A DNA stretch of 63,637 nucleotides, counting the filler, from Bacteriovoracaceae bacterium (GTDB lineage Bacteria; Bdellovibrionota; Bacteriovoracia; Bacteriovoracales; Bacteriovoracaceae): assembly GCA_018649885.1 (NCBI GenBank). It is 6 parts of 6 records of this genome, joined end to end, with 100 filler letters (N's around TTAATTAATTAA, not from the genome) between each part and the next. Parts side by side here need not be neighbours in the genome. Positions count along the whole stretch, not along the records: positions 37,564 to 44,003 come from JABIHA010000034.1; positions 44,104 to 50,299 come from JABIHA010000033.1; 4 more parts are not named here. One strand, given 5' to 3'. A model generated the notes under the pieces. The model saw only the letters and a program-made list of their open reading frames with translations. It was not told the origin of the DNA and searched no databases. Both the position numbers and the translations under genes were made by a program. Shown here one piece after another: positions 37,985 to 46,602 of this stretch. The first letter of the stretch is position 1. Each line of letters starts with the position of its first letter.

Positions 37985-38611
37985 TTATTTTATTTTGGCT
38001 AAAAATTCCTTAATGTAATCTGAATCAAGGGAAATTAGCTTTTGAATTTCTGATTCTATTTCTTGGTATTGCTTTTTAACTTCATCAAAACCATACATCG
38101 CAACCGCAAGACTCTTTTCCTCTTCTTTAAGTCCTTGTAAAAACTTGGCCCTCAATCTTTGCAGTAACTCAAGTTTATCCTTTAGTTCCCCTTGGAAACG
38201 AGCGATACTTTCGACAACTTCATTTTTTATAATATTCTGAGTAAGCAGCTTTCTTTCAGATACTTCCTTACCAAATAAACTGGCCTTTACTTCAAATTCA
38301 ATTTTTTCATCTTCTGGGAGTTTTCGGTAATTATCTAGAATTGTTTTCTCAGCATCATCTAGCCTGTCTAAATTCATTTCCCCTTCTCCAGTCAGGAACC
38401 AAGACAAATTGAGATCAGGGAATGCAATTGTAAGTTTCTCAAAGAAATTAAATCCAGGTTTTGCAAATCCGTTGGTCACTCTAAAAAATTGTGAACTATC
38501 TATTTTTGCATACTCATAAAATGCCCTTTTGCTTTTAAAGTTAAGATGATTCCTGAATTCTTCCAGCCGAGAATTAAATGGATGCTTGTGATCCTCTTTT
38601 AGGTCTGTCAT
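37985..38611 (-). CDS. XRE-type HTH repressor
   Basis: RL..FR..L....AF...A.I..S HTH and LNLSWFLTGEGEM motif typical of phage CI-like proteins. Confidence 0.8.
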   Translation of the reverse strand: MTDLKEDHKHPFNSRLEEFRNHLNFKSKRAFYEYAKIDSSQFFRVTNGFAKPGFNFFEKLTIAFPDLNLSWFLTGEGEMNLDRLDDAEKTILDNYRKLPEDEKIEFEVKASLFGKEVSERKLLTQNIIKNEVVESIARFQGELKDKLELLQRLRAKFLQGLKEEEKSLAVAMYGFDEVKKQYQEIESEIQKLISLDSDYIKEFLAKIK

Positions 38612-38632
38612 TAGTGATCCTTCCAATTGTTA

Positions 38633-38736
38633 TGTCTAAATGCTAGTAAAATTTATTGTCTAAATGCATATTGACACTATATATTAATTATAGTAATGTT
38701 AATAACGATAGTAAATTAGTATAAATTAACTGTCAA
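38633..38736. promoter_or_regulatory. Face-to-face sigma70 promoters with a direct-repeat operator
   Basis: Plus strand: TTGACA(38671)-17 nt-TAATGT. Minus strand: TTGACA(38736)-17 nt-TACTAT. TGTCTAAATGC at 38633 and 38657. Confidence 0.6.
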
Positions 38737-38771
38737 GTAGAAACCATAACAATTAATACTAAAAGGTAATT

Positions 38772-38957
38772 ATGCAGAAAAAACAGTACTTGAACGTGAA
38801 AGAAGCGGCTGAACATCTTACTGTAGAGGTTTCAACTGTAAGGAGTTGGATATTTCAAGGTAAGATTCCTGTGAAAAGGATTGGAAGGTGCGTGAGAATA
38901 GAAGATTCCATCATAGAACAAATTTTAGATTCTGGCTTGGAATCACTAGGAGGTTAA
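38772..38957 (+). CDS. Excisionase-like HTH_17 protein
   Basis: YLNVKEAAEHL.V..STVRSWI..GKIPVKRIGR.VRI. Confidence 0.88.
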   Translation: MQKKQYLNVKEAAEHLTVEVSTVRSWIFQGKIPVKRIGRCVRIEDSIIEQILDSGLESLGG

Positions 38958-40240
38958 TGGAATCATTAAATGATAACTGGAGATTGTTTTGCTCAAAGCT
39001 GGATAAAGTCAAACAAACCAGAAATGGTATTGAAGCGCTTTGCCCCTCACATAATGACAAATTGCCAAGTCTGACTGCATCCTTCACTAAGGAAAAGATT
39101 CTCTTTAAGTGTCAGGCAGGATGTTCATTTGAATCTGTAGTAACTGCTTTGGGTATGCAGGAAAACCAATTCTTTATCCAGGAAGAAAAGACCCAGCCCA
39201 AAACGATTGAATCCACATACAGATACGAAGATGAAGGCGGTAATCATGTAATGGATGTTGTCAGGTTCAAGCCAAAGGACTTTAGGCCAAGAAGACCTGA
39301 CGGCAGGTTCACATTGGATAGAGTTACAAGAGTTCCTTATCATTTACCTCAGATGCTTGAAGCGATGAAGAGAGGAAAAGGCATCGCTATAGTAGAAGGT
39401 GAGAAAGACTGTGACAATGCTGAAAAGATTGGACTAACTGCTACAACTTTTTGTGGAGGTTCTGGTAAATGGCGTGATGAGTATTTGAAATGGTTTGAAG
39501 ATGCAAATGTAGCTTGTGTTCCGGACAATGACCATGCTGGACGAAAAGGCATGAATATCATCGCCTCAAATATCACCAAAGTGGCCAAATCCGTACTTTG
39601 GTTGGAAATTCCGGATATTCCTGCAAAAGGTGACTTAACTGACTGGCTTAGCATAGAAGGTAACGATCTTGATAAATTCAACACTATGGTTAAAGATTCT
39701 GCTGTCCAATGGACTTCTGACCTGGCGAATGAATGGGATGACACTGCTGATGAATATGGCGAATGGCCTGATTACGTAACGCTAGTCCGAGAAGAAGAAG
39801 AACCCAGGCCTTTCCCTGTAGCTGCATTAGGGACTATTATGGAGGAGGCTGTAATCGAATTTCATGGATATGGCAAGCAACCTCTGTCAATGATAGCAGG
39901 ATCGGCACTCGCAACAGCATCTCTAGCCTGTCAGGGACTTACTGACGTTGGGAGAGACTCACAAAATATAGGACCAATCTCTTTATCAGTATTGACAATC
40001 GCAGAATCTGGGGAGCGTAAAAGTTCACTGGATAAAGCATTTTCTAAAGCATTGAGAGATTGGGAAAGGGCGAAAGCCGATAAAATGAAAGACGAAATTA
40101 AAAAATCAATTGCTGATCACGCTGAATGGGAAGCAAAACGACAGGGGCTTTTGGCGGCAATTAAGGAAACTCAGAAAAAGAACGCTCTTAGTGAATTACC
40201 TAAAAAACAAACTATAGAAATGAAAGGTAAAGATGAATGA
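38957..40240 (+). CDS. Primase (Zn-finger + TOPRIM) fused to the N-terminal part of a DUF3987/YfjI helicase
   Basis: CPSHND..SL..C.AGC, IVEGEKD, PDND.AG, KGDLTDW, then PFPV.AL and Walker A-like AESGERKS; TAATG coupling to xis. Confidence 0.85.
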   Translation: MESLNDNWRLFCSKLDKVKQTRNGIEALCPSHNDKLPSLTASFTKEKILFKCQAGCSFESVVTALGMQENQFFIQEEKTQPKTIESTYRYEDEGGNHVMDVVRFKPKDFRPRRPDGRFTLDRVTRVPYHLPQMLEAMKRGKGIAIVEGEKDCDNAEKIGLTATTFCGGSGKWRDEYLKWFEDANVACVPDNDHAGRKGMNIIASNITKVAKSVLWLEIPDIPAKGDLTDWLSIEGNDLDKFNTMVKDSAVQWTSDLANEWDDTADEYGEWPDYVTLVREEEEPRPFPVAALGTIMEEAVIEFHGYGKQPLSMIAGSALATASLACQGLTDVGRDSQNIGPISLSVLTIAESGERKSSLDKAFSKALRDWERAKADKMKDEIKKSIADHAEWEAKRQGLLAAIKETQKKNALSELPKKQTIEMKGKDE

Positions 40241-41306
40241 ATTCAAATTTTCCGCTGATCCTTTGGATATTTTGAAATCAAAACTGGAGGATCATGAACT
40301 TAAGGAGCCGGAGATTAAAACTGCTCCAAAAATATTTTATGAAGACGTATCCAGTGAAGCCTTTGCATACCATATCGCCACAGGCCATCCTTCAGCATCA
40401 CTTTGGAGTGATGAAGGTGGTTTGTTTGTGGCATCAAATGGAATGAAAGAAGATAACGCAATGGGTATGCTTGCGATCATAAATCGATTATGGGATGGAA
40501 ACGATTTCGAACCAACACGAAAAATAGCTAAAACTAAAAAAATTACAGGAAGACGTTGTACTGCTAACTTTATGCTACAGCAAACAGTATTCGAGAAATG
40601 GCAGGGGAAACAAAATGACTTGAGTCGTGCAATAGGAGCTTCTGCTCGTTTCCTGACACAAAGGCCAAAGTCGACAATGGGAGAAAGAAAATATCAGGTG
40701 CCACCAGAGAGAACACCCAAAATGCAAATATTCCATAACAGAGTAAGAGACATAATGGAAATACCTTTACCAGATGATGATGAAGGCCGGCTTATTCCTC
40801 CGGTTATTGAATTATGCGAGGAAGCAAAAAAACTTTGGATTTGTTATTTTAATAAAATTGAAGAGGCCCTGAAACCAGGAGGAGAATTTACGGAAGTCAA
40901 AGACTTTGCAAGTAAAATTGCGGAACAGGCTGTAAGGATAGCTGGGGTTATTCACGTCTTTAATTATGGTCCTGAAGGAGAAATACAACAAGATACTATG
41001 GAGCAATCAATTAAAATTGCCGAATGGTATCTGCATGAGGCAAAAAGAATATATGTGACTGATGGCCTTCCGGAGGAATTCAAGAATGCTTTTATATTAC
41101 AAAATTGGATCAAGAATTACTGTCAAATGTCGCAACTATCGCAACTATCGCAGAGGATAGTGCTTAAGGAAGGGCCGAATCAACTTAGGCAAAAAAAAAT
41201 TAGAGATGATGCTCTAAAAATTTTAGAAGAACATGGGGCTGTGATATTAGTAACAGAAGGTAAGAAGAAGATAATAAAGGTAAACCCTAAACTTTTGGAA
41301 GATTAA
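40233..41306 (+). CDS. DUF3987/YfjI helicase, C-terminal part
   Basis: EDVSSEA, WSDEGG, LWDG, G..ARFL, ASKIAEQAVRIAGV.H motifs, C-terminal winged helix. Confidence 0.85.
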   Translation: MNEFKFSADPLDILKSKLEDHELKEPEIKTAPKIFYEDVSSEAFAYHIATGHPSASLWSDEGGLFVASNGMKEDNAMGMLAIINRLWDGNDFEPTRKIAKTKKITGRRCTANFMLQQTVFEKWQGKQNDLSRAIGASARFLTQRPKSTMGERKYQVPPERTPKMQIFHNRVRDIMEIPLPDDDEGRLIPPVIELCEEAKKLWICYFNKIEEALKPGGEFTEVKDFASKIAEQAVRIAGVIHVFNYGPEGEIQQDTMEQSIKIAEWYLHEAKRIYVTDGLPEEFKNAFILQNWIKNYCQMSQLSQLSQRIVLKEGPNQLRQKKIRDDALKILEEHGAVILVTEGKKKIIKVNPKLLED

Positions 41307-41338
41307 AAGACGCTGCGATAGTTGCGATAGTTGCGACA
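41128..41338. repeat. 26-bp perfect inverted repeat built from 9-bp iterons (putative origin)
   Basis: TGTCGCAACTATCGCAACTATCGCAG (41128-41153) and its exact reverse complement (41313-41338). Confidence 0.85.
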
Positions 41339-41575
41339 GTTAACTAATTTTCCCAGTCAGGCACCCCCAAGTATATCCCCACTTCTTGTAAAAATCCACA
41401 TATAGTGGTATATGTAAGATTCTCCTAATAATAAACCCTTTGGTATTGAGAAATAGATGAAAAAGGTTTTACTCATTTCAATGTATAAAACATATTGGCA
41501 CGGGAACATAACTAATCTAGTTGTCCCTGATTTAGAACAGGCAAAGAAAAAACCATTACCTAATTGATTATTAAA

Positions 41576-43561
41576 ATGGGAAATAAAATTTTAGTATCAA
41601 GGGAAATTAAGAAAGAGGAATCCTTGGCATTTCTCAAACCAGAATTCATTCAATTCTGGGATAAGAAGAAAAATGAAAAAGATCCTTTTAAAATTAGGCC
41701 AACTTATGGTGCTTCTACTTGGTGGAAATGTAAAAAGGAACATTCTTTTCGCTCATCGCCAAACACCGTAACAAGTAAAGAAGAATTAATTTGTAATTTT
41801 TGTAATTCAATAAAGTATACCTATCCTGAATTACTTTTAGAGTGGGATTGGGGAAAAAATGAAAAAGATCCTGAAAATTATTTACCTGGAAGTAGTTTAA
41901 AAGTTCACTGGAAATGTAAAAAACATGACATTCATGAGTGGGAAACTACTGTTGCTTCAAGAACTATAGAAAAAACTGGTTGTCCATGTTGTGCTAAGAA
42001 AAAAGTTTGTCCTGATAATAATCTAGAATATTTAAGACCCGGTTTAGCTGAAGAATGGCATTTTGAAAAAAATAGACCATTACTTCCATCTGAAGTGATG
42101 CCAAATCATAATAAAAAAGTCTGGTGGTTATGTGAGTTTTCTCATCCTTATGATGCAACACCTAATAACAGAAATTATGGGAAAGGCTGTCCTTATTGTA
42201 GCGGTCACAAAGTTGGTTATGGTAATTCTCTAGCAGATAATTTCCCAGAGATTGCAAAAGAATTTGATAAGGAAAAAAATGGGAACATTACACCTGAAAC
42301 AATCTATAAATCAGATACTACAAAAAAAATATGGTGGAGATGCAAAAAAAATAAAGATCATCAATGGCCAACTAAAGTTAGTTCTAGAACCAGGCTAAAA
42401 ACTGGTTGTCCTGATTGCTCAGGTAACAGAGTATCAGCCGATAATAATTTTGCAGTTACTAGTCCAGACAAGATTAAATTTTTTGATAACAAAAAGAATG
42501 AAGGAATAACTCCATATGATTATACAAGTCGTTCAGGTAAGGAAGTTTGGTGGAAATGTAAAAATAAACACTCCTGGAAGGCCCCTTTTAGTAGGATTTC
42601 GAGAGGGGGAGGCTGTGGGAAATGTTCTGTCCAAACATCATTTCCTGAAATAAGATTATTTTGTGAAATTAATTCAATATTTGAAAAAATCAAAGACAGA
42701 CATAAATTTAAAAAATTCGAAGTCGATGTCCTTATAGAGGATTATAATATTGCTCTCGAATACGATGGATGGTATTTTCACAAAAATAGCATCGATAAAG
42801 ATCTTAAAAAAAATACATTCCTACAAAAAATGGGAATAAAAATATTTAGAATAAGGCAGTCTCCTCTCAAACCAATTACAAATGATGATGTATTAGCTAA
42901 GATAAAACAAAAGGATTTAGATAAAAAATACATAAATCAAATTTTACTAAAAATAAATCAATATGTTTCTAAAAAAGATCAGAAAAAAATCCAGGGATAT
43001 ATTGGAAGAGAATCATATACAGATGAAAAAGAGTTTAAAAGAAGAGTATCTTATCTTCCTCTGCCACCCCTAGAAAATAGTTTAGCTAAAAAAAACTCAG
43101 AACTTTCAAAACAATGGAATAAGAAAAAAAATGGTTCTCTTACTCCGAAAATGTTCGAACCCCATAGTGGGAAGATAGTTTGGTGGATCTGTAAAAAAAA
43201 GCATGAATGGGAAGCCTCAATTGATAAAAGATCAAATGGAAGTGGATGTCCATGTTGTAAAAACAAAAAAGTTTGTGCTGATAACAATCTTCTTGCCCTT
43301 TCGCCAAATATTGCGAAAGAATGGGCTAAAGATCTTAATGGTGAGAAGACACCTGAAAATACATTAAATGGATCTGGATACAGGGCTTGGTGGCTTTGCG
43401 ATAAGGGTCACTATTTTCATAAAAAAGTCGTTGAAAGAACAGGAAAAAGGGTAAAGTCTGGTGAGCGTTATGGCGGCTGTCCTTGGTGCAAAGGATATGG
43501 AAAAAATAAAATATATGTTCCTCCTGATATTGATAAGATTAAACGTGAACTAAAAAAATAA
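41576..43561 (+). CDS. Multi zinc-ribbon (DUF4379-like) protein with an internal PD-(D/E)xK/Vsr-like nuclease domain
   Basis: Seven [K]VWWxC..H.W/..GCPxC-type repeats; EVDV..IALEYDG.YFH..D.KK...L...GI...RIR between repeats 5 and 6. Confidence 0.85.
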   Translation: MGNKILVSREIKKEESLAFLKPEFIQFWDKKKNEKDPFKIRPTYGASTWWKCKKEHSFRSSPNTVTSKEELICNFCNSIKYTYPELLLEWDWGKNEKDPENYLPGSSLKVHWKCKKHDIHEWETTVASRTIEKTGCPCCAKKKVCPDNNLEYLRPGLAEEWHFEKNRPLLPSEVMPNHNKKVWWLCEFSHPYDATPNNRNYGKGCPYCSGHKVGYGNSLADNFPEIAKEFDKEKNGNITPETIYKSDTTKKIWWRCKKNKDHQWPTKVSSRTRLKTGCPDCSGNRVSADNNFAVTSPDKIKFFDNKKNEGITPYDYTSRSGKEVWWKCKNKHSWKAPFSRISRGGGCGKCSVQTSFPEIRLFCEINSIFEKIKDRHKFKKFEVDVLIEDYNIALEYDGWYFHKNSIDKDLKKNTFLQKMGIKIFRIRQSPLKPITNDDVLAKIKQKDLDKKYINQILLKINQYVSKKDQKKIQGYIGRESYTDEKEFKRRVSYLPLPPLENSLAKKNSELSKQWNKKKNGSLTPKMFEPHSGKIVWWICKKKHEWEASIDKRSNGSGCPCCKNKKVCADNNLLALSPNIAKEWAKDLNGEKTPENTLNGSGYRAWWLCDKGHYFHKKVVERTGKRVKSGERYGGCPWCKGYGKNKIYVPPDIDKIKRELKK

Positions 43562-43568
43562 GTTTAAT

Positions 43569-43838
43569 TTATCTTTTGTATCCATAATACCAGACATTAT
43601 TTGTACTACCTATATTCCTGACAGTGTGGACAGCTTTGGCAGGAATGAAAACCTCATCACCAATCTGAGGCTGCTGTGAAATGCCTTCAATTTGAATCTC
43701 AATCTCTCCCTCTGCTAATACAACAAGTTCATCCGTCCTATGAACAAAATCTGCCCAAATCTTTCCTGGAGGGTCTTTAAAAACTCCAAAGCTATAACCT
43801 CTGTATTCCCAATCTTTTTTGATTTTTTCTTGATCCAT
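43569..43838 (-). CDS. Cupin domain protein
   Basis: H..DELV.L.EG and GDEVFIPA.AVHTVRN motifs. Confidence 0.85.
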   Translation of the reverse strand: MDQEKIKKDWEYRGYSFGVFKDPPGKIWADFVHRTDELVVLAEGEIEIQIEGISQQPQIGDEVFIPAKAVHTVRNIGSTNNVWYYGYKR

Positions 43839-44003
43839 ATTGTTATTAAATTGTTAAATATGCATTTTACAACCGATTTGTATCGCAGTCCATAATCAAT
43901 ATGTTTGGAGCAATTTGGGTATAGCAGGGGGGTGGGGTGCCCTATCTTAATGCGGTTGAAAAAACCCAGTTTTTATATGTACGATAATGCCAATTAACGT
44001 ACA

Positions 44004-44103
44004 NNNNNNNNNNNNNNNNNNNNNNNNNNNNNNNNNNNNNNNNNNNNTTAATTAATTAANNNNNNNNNNNNNNNNNNNNNNNNNNNNNNNNNNNNNNNNN
44101 NNN
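44004..44103. other. Artificial contig spacer
   Basis: N44-TTAATTAATTAA-N44. Confidence 0.99.
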
Positions 44104-44174
44104 CCAAAGAGATTGGTGCAAAAATCGTAGACTTAGACACATTTTTAATTAAACATGGGATTACTGCAGGCTAA
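44104..44174 (+). CDS. 3' end of a gene cut by the contig edge (possibly a BRCT-like C-terminus)
   Basis: Reads KEIGAKIVDLDTFLIKHGITAG*. Confidence 0.3.
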
Positions 44175-44241
44175 TAAAACCGATCTGAAAGTTAGTATCC
44201 GATCCTACATTAATTTATAATTGCATTGAAATTGTGGCAGC

Positions 44242-44751
44242 CTAATAGCTAATAGCTTCTAAAAATTCGGGCATTGAACGAAGAGGCTTAAAGGCACCGC
44301 CCATTATTTTGAGACCAAAGAAAATCATCCCAACGCCAAACAAAACTCTACCTATTTGTCTGATATTATTTTTCTTTCCAAAAAGCATGGGAAAGATTCC
44401 AAGACCAATAAAGAGAAGCCCGTATTTTCCTATTTTGATAGAAATAATCCAACCCGTGATGGTCGTCCCAATATTGGCGCCAAAGATAATTCCAATGGCC
44501 TGAGTAAGGTTCATCAAGCCAGCGTTGACAAAGCCCACAACCATTACAGTTGTAACCGAGGAGCTTTGAACTAGCATAGTGACAAATGTGCCCACCATTA
44601 CTGCGTAAATGCGTTTTTTAGTAAGGGTGTTGATGATATTTTTAATCATATCACCGGCCACAGATTGCAGCGCTTCTGACATAGATTTCATGCCATAGAA
44701 AAAGACGCCGAGGCCTCCAAGGACTGAGTAAATTATTTCAAAAGCTTGCAT
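44242..44751 (-). pseudogene. Truncated Na+/Pi cotransporter family gene
   Basis: GGLGVFFYGM, VQSSSVTT and GANIGTT motifs, but only the first repeat (169 aa) before a stop; the second repeat and PhoU-like domain are absent. Confidence 0.75.
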
Positions 44752-44979
44752 ATTAGACCCTAGCTAAAATCGTAAACCAATTCTCTTATTTATTGAGAGA
44801 AACTTCAGTGGTATTTTTCAAACAGCTTACTCATTTTTTAATCCTTTCGGAATGAATTTTTTTAGTTTGTGGAGACATTATTACATGACCATGCAAAGCA
44901 GCTAGAAAGGGAGACTTTGAAATTGACTATAGTAACGCAAGTGGGTTTCAATACTAGGCATATATAAAGAGAGGTTGGT

Positions 44980-45759
44980 TTGCTCGTTACTCTAAAGTTG
45001 TTTCCGTTTTTTCTGTCGGCCAGTTGCTTTTCCCATGGGATCAGTGAAGAGGCCAAGCGCGCCATGATTGAAGGAGGTCACCTTCAGTACCTTGTACTCG
45101 GCGCCGAACACATGATTACAGGCTACGATCACTTACTTTTTTTACTGGGAGTGATTTTCTTTCTCACTACTTTTAAAGAAATTGTAAAGTTCATCAGCAT
45201 TTTTACTCTTGGCCATAGTATCACCCTCATTTTTGCTACCTTTCTTGGAATCACCGCTAATTATTGGCTAGTGGATGCCGTTATTGCTCTTAGCGTTTGT
45301 TATAAGGGTTTTGATAATAACAATGGCTTTGAAAACTACTTCGGCATGAAAAAAGCACCTAACTTGCTGTTGATGGTCCTGATTTTTGGACTTATCCACG
45401 GCTTTGGTCTCTCTACCAGACTGCAGCAACTTCCCTTGGGTGAAAAAGGCTGGGATATGCTGATGAGGATTATCTCCTTTAACGTTGGTGTGGAATTAGG
45501 GCAAGTTGCGGCACTTGGAGTGATGCTTTTAGTACTTTCAGGGGTCAGGAACACAAATGGGTTTAAAAAATTCTCCAAAGTGGCCAATGACGGAATCATT
45601 GTCGCAGGGTTTATGCTTTTACTTATGCAACTTCACGGCTACCTTCATACCTCAAGTCCAGATGAATTTGGATTTTCGAAAGATGGTCACTCACATGCTC
45701 ACGAAGATATGCAGGCCACGGAAAATGAGGAAACCTTTGGGCACGAAAACAGCTTATAA
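44980..45759 (+). CDS. HupE/UreJ family metal (Ni/Co) transporter
   Basis: GAEHMITGYDHLLFL, FTLGHSITL, FGLIHGFG and FNVGVELGQ motifs; His-rich tail. Confidence 0.9.
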   Translation: MLVTLKLFPFFLSASCFSHGISEEAKRAMIEGGHLQYLVLGAEHMITGYDHLLFLLGVIFFLTTFKEIVKFISIFTLGHSITLIFATFLGITANYWLVDAVIALSVCYKGFDNNNGFENYFGMKKAPNLLLMVLIFGLIHGFGLSTRLQQLPLGEKGWDMLMRIISFNVGVELGQVAALGVMLLVLSGVRNTNGFKKFSKVANDGIIVAGFMLLLMQLHGYLHTSSPDEFGFSKDGHSHAHEDMQATENEETFGHENSL

Positions 45760-45771
45760 ATAGGAGCGCAC

Positions 45772-46131
45772 ATGCGTATTTTTTTAATTTCACTTGTTTT
45801 ACTTTTAGGTTCTACAACTAGTTTTTCTCATAGCAATCACCACCATAGTAAAAAGATAAAAAAAGACAAAGTTATAGTTAGGGCCAAGTTTGAGCTCAGT
45901 AAGTTAGTTAAAGCTGAAAAGCTTGAAAAAAGCTGGCTCAGTGCTGTTCATTTAAACTCTGAAATTAAAACCTTCGAAAAAAAGAATAAGGCCGGAAAAG
46001 TACTAAAGACAATTAAGGAGTGGGTTGTTTCATTTAATAACGATAAAATTAAAGATGAAAAGAAGAAGGTACTATTTATTTTTTTAAGTCTTAAAGGGAA
46101 ATTTATAGCGGCCAACTTTTCAGGAAAATAA
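45772..46131 (+). CDS. Small exported His-motif protein (DUF6488-like)
   Basis: Signal peptide followed by HSNHHH; EWVVSF.N..LFIFL...G.FIAANFSG. Confidence 0.7.
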   Translation: MRIFLISLVLLLGSTTSFSHSNHHHSKKIKKDKVIVRAKFELSKLVKAEKLEKSWLSAVHLNSEIKTFEKKNKAGKVLKTIKEWVVSFNNDKIKDEKKKVLFIFLSLKGKFIAANFSGK

Positions 46132-46140
46132 AGGTCCGAT

Positions 46141-46575
46141 ATGTGCGGTGTGTGTAAGAGAGTTGAATCTAGCTTAGCTCAAAATAATCCATATTTCATT
46201 CACGAGTTCAAGCATTCCATTTTTGTTTTGGGAGATCATCAAGTTTTTAAAGGTTATAGTTTACTACTTTTAAAAAATCACGTTCGCGAACTCCACGATA
46301 TGAATAGAGAGGACTATCTTGAGCTGAGTGATGAGTTAATGGTGGCGACAAATGCCATTGTCAAAACATTTTCTTGCTACAAAATGAACTACCAGTCTCT
46401 TGGAAATATGGTAGAGCACGTACACTGGCATCTTCTTCCCAGGTATCGTGATGAAAAGCATACGGGAAAGGCCCCTTGGGAGTACTATATGGACCCAGAT
46501 TTTAAAGAAGAAGAATTTCGAACCACGAGTGAACAGGCCCTAAGCTTGTCCTCACAGATTAAAGAAAACCTTTAA
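46141..46575 (+). CDS. HIT family protein
   Basis: CxxC, HVREL, KMNY..LGN.VEHVHWH (HxHxH). Confidence 0.9.
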   Translation: MCGVCKRVESSLAQNNPYFIHEFKHSIFVLGDHQVFKGYSLLLLKNHVRELHDMNREDYLELSDELMVATNAIVKTFSCYKMNYQSLGNMVEHVHWHLLPRYRDEKHTGKAPWEYYMDPDFKEEEFRTTSEQALSLSSQIKENL

Positions 46576-46602
46576 TTTCTAATTTGTCTAAAAGGAATTT
46601 GA

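Larger units (their letters stand above)
37564..43561. mobile_element. Phage-satellite/PICI-like integrative element (partial)
   Basis: int and repressor divergent from xis, primase and DUF3987 helicase, followed by iterons and cargo; no structural genes; att sites not visible. Confidence 0.7.
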
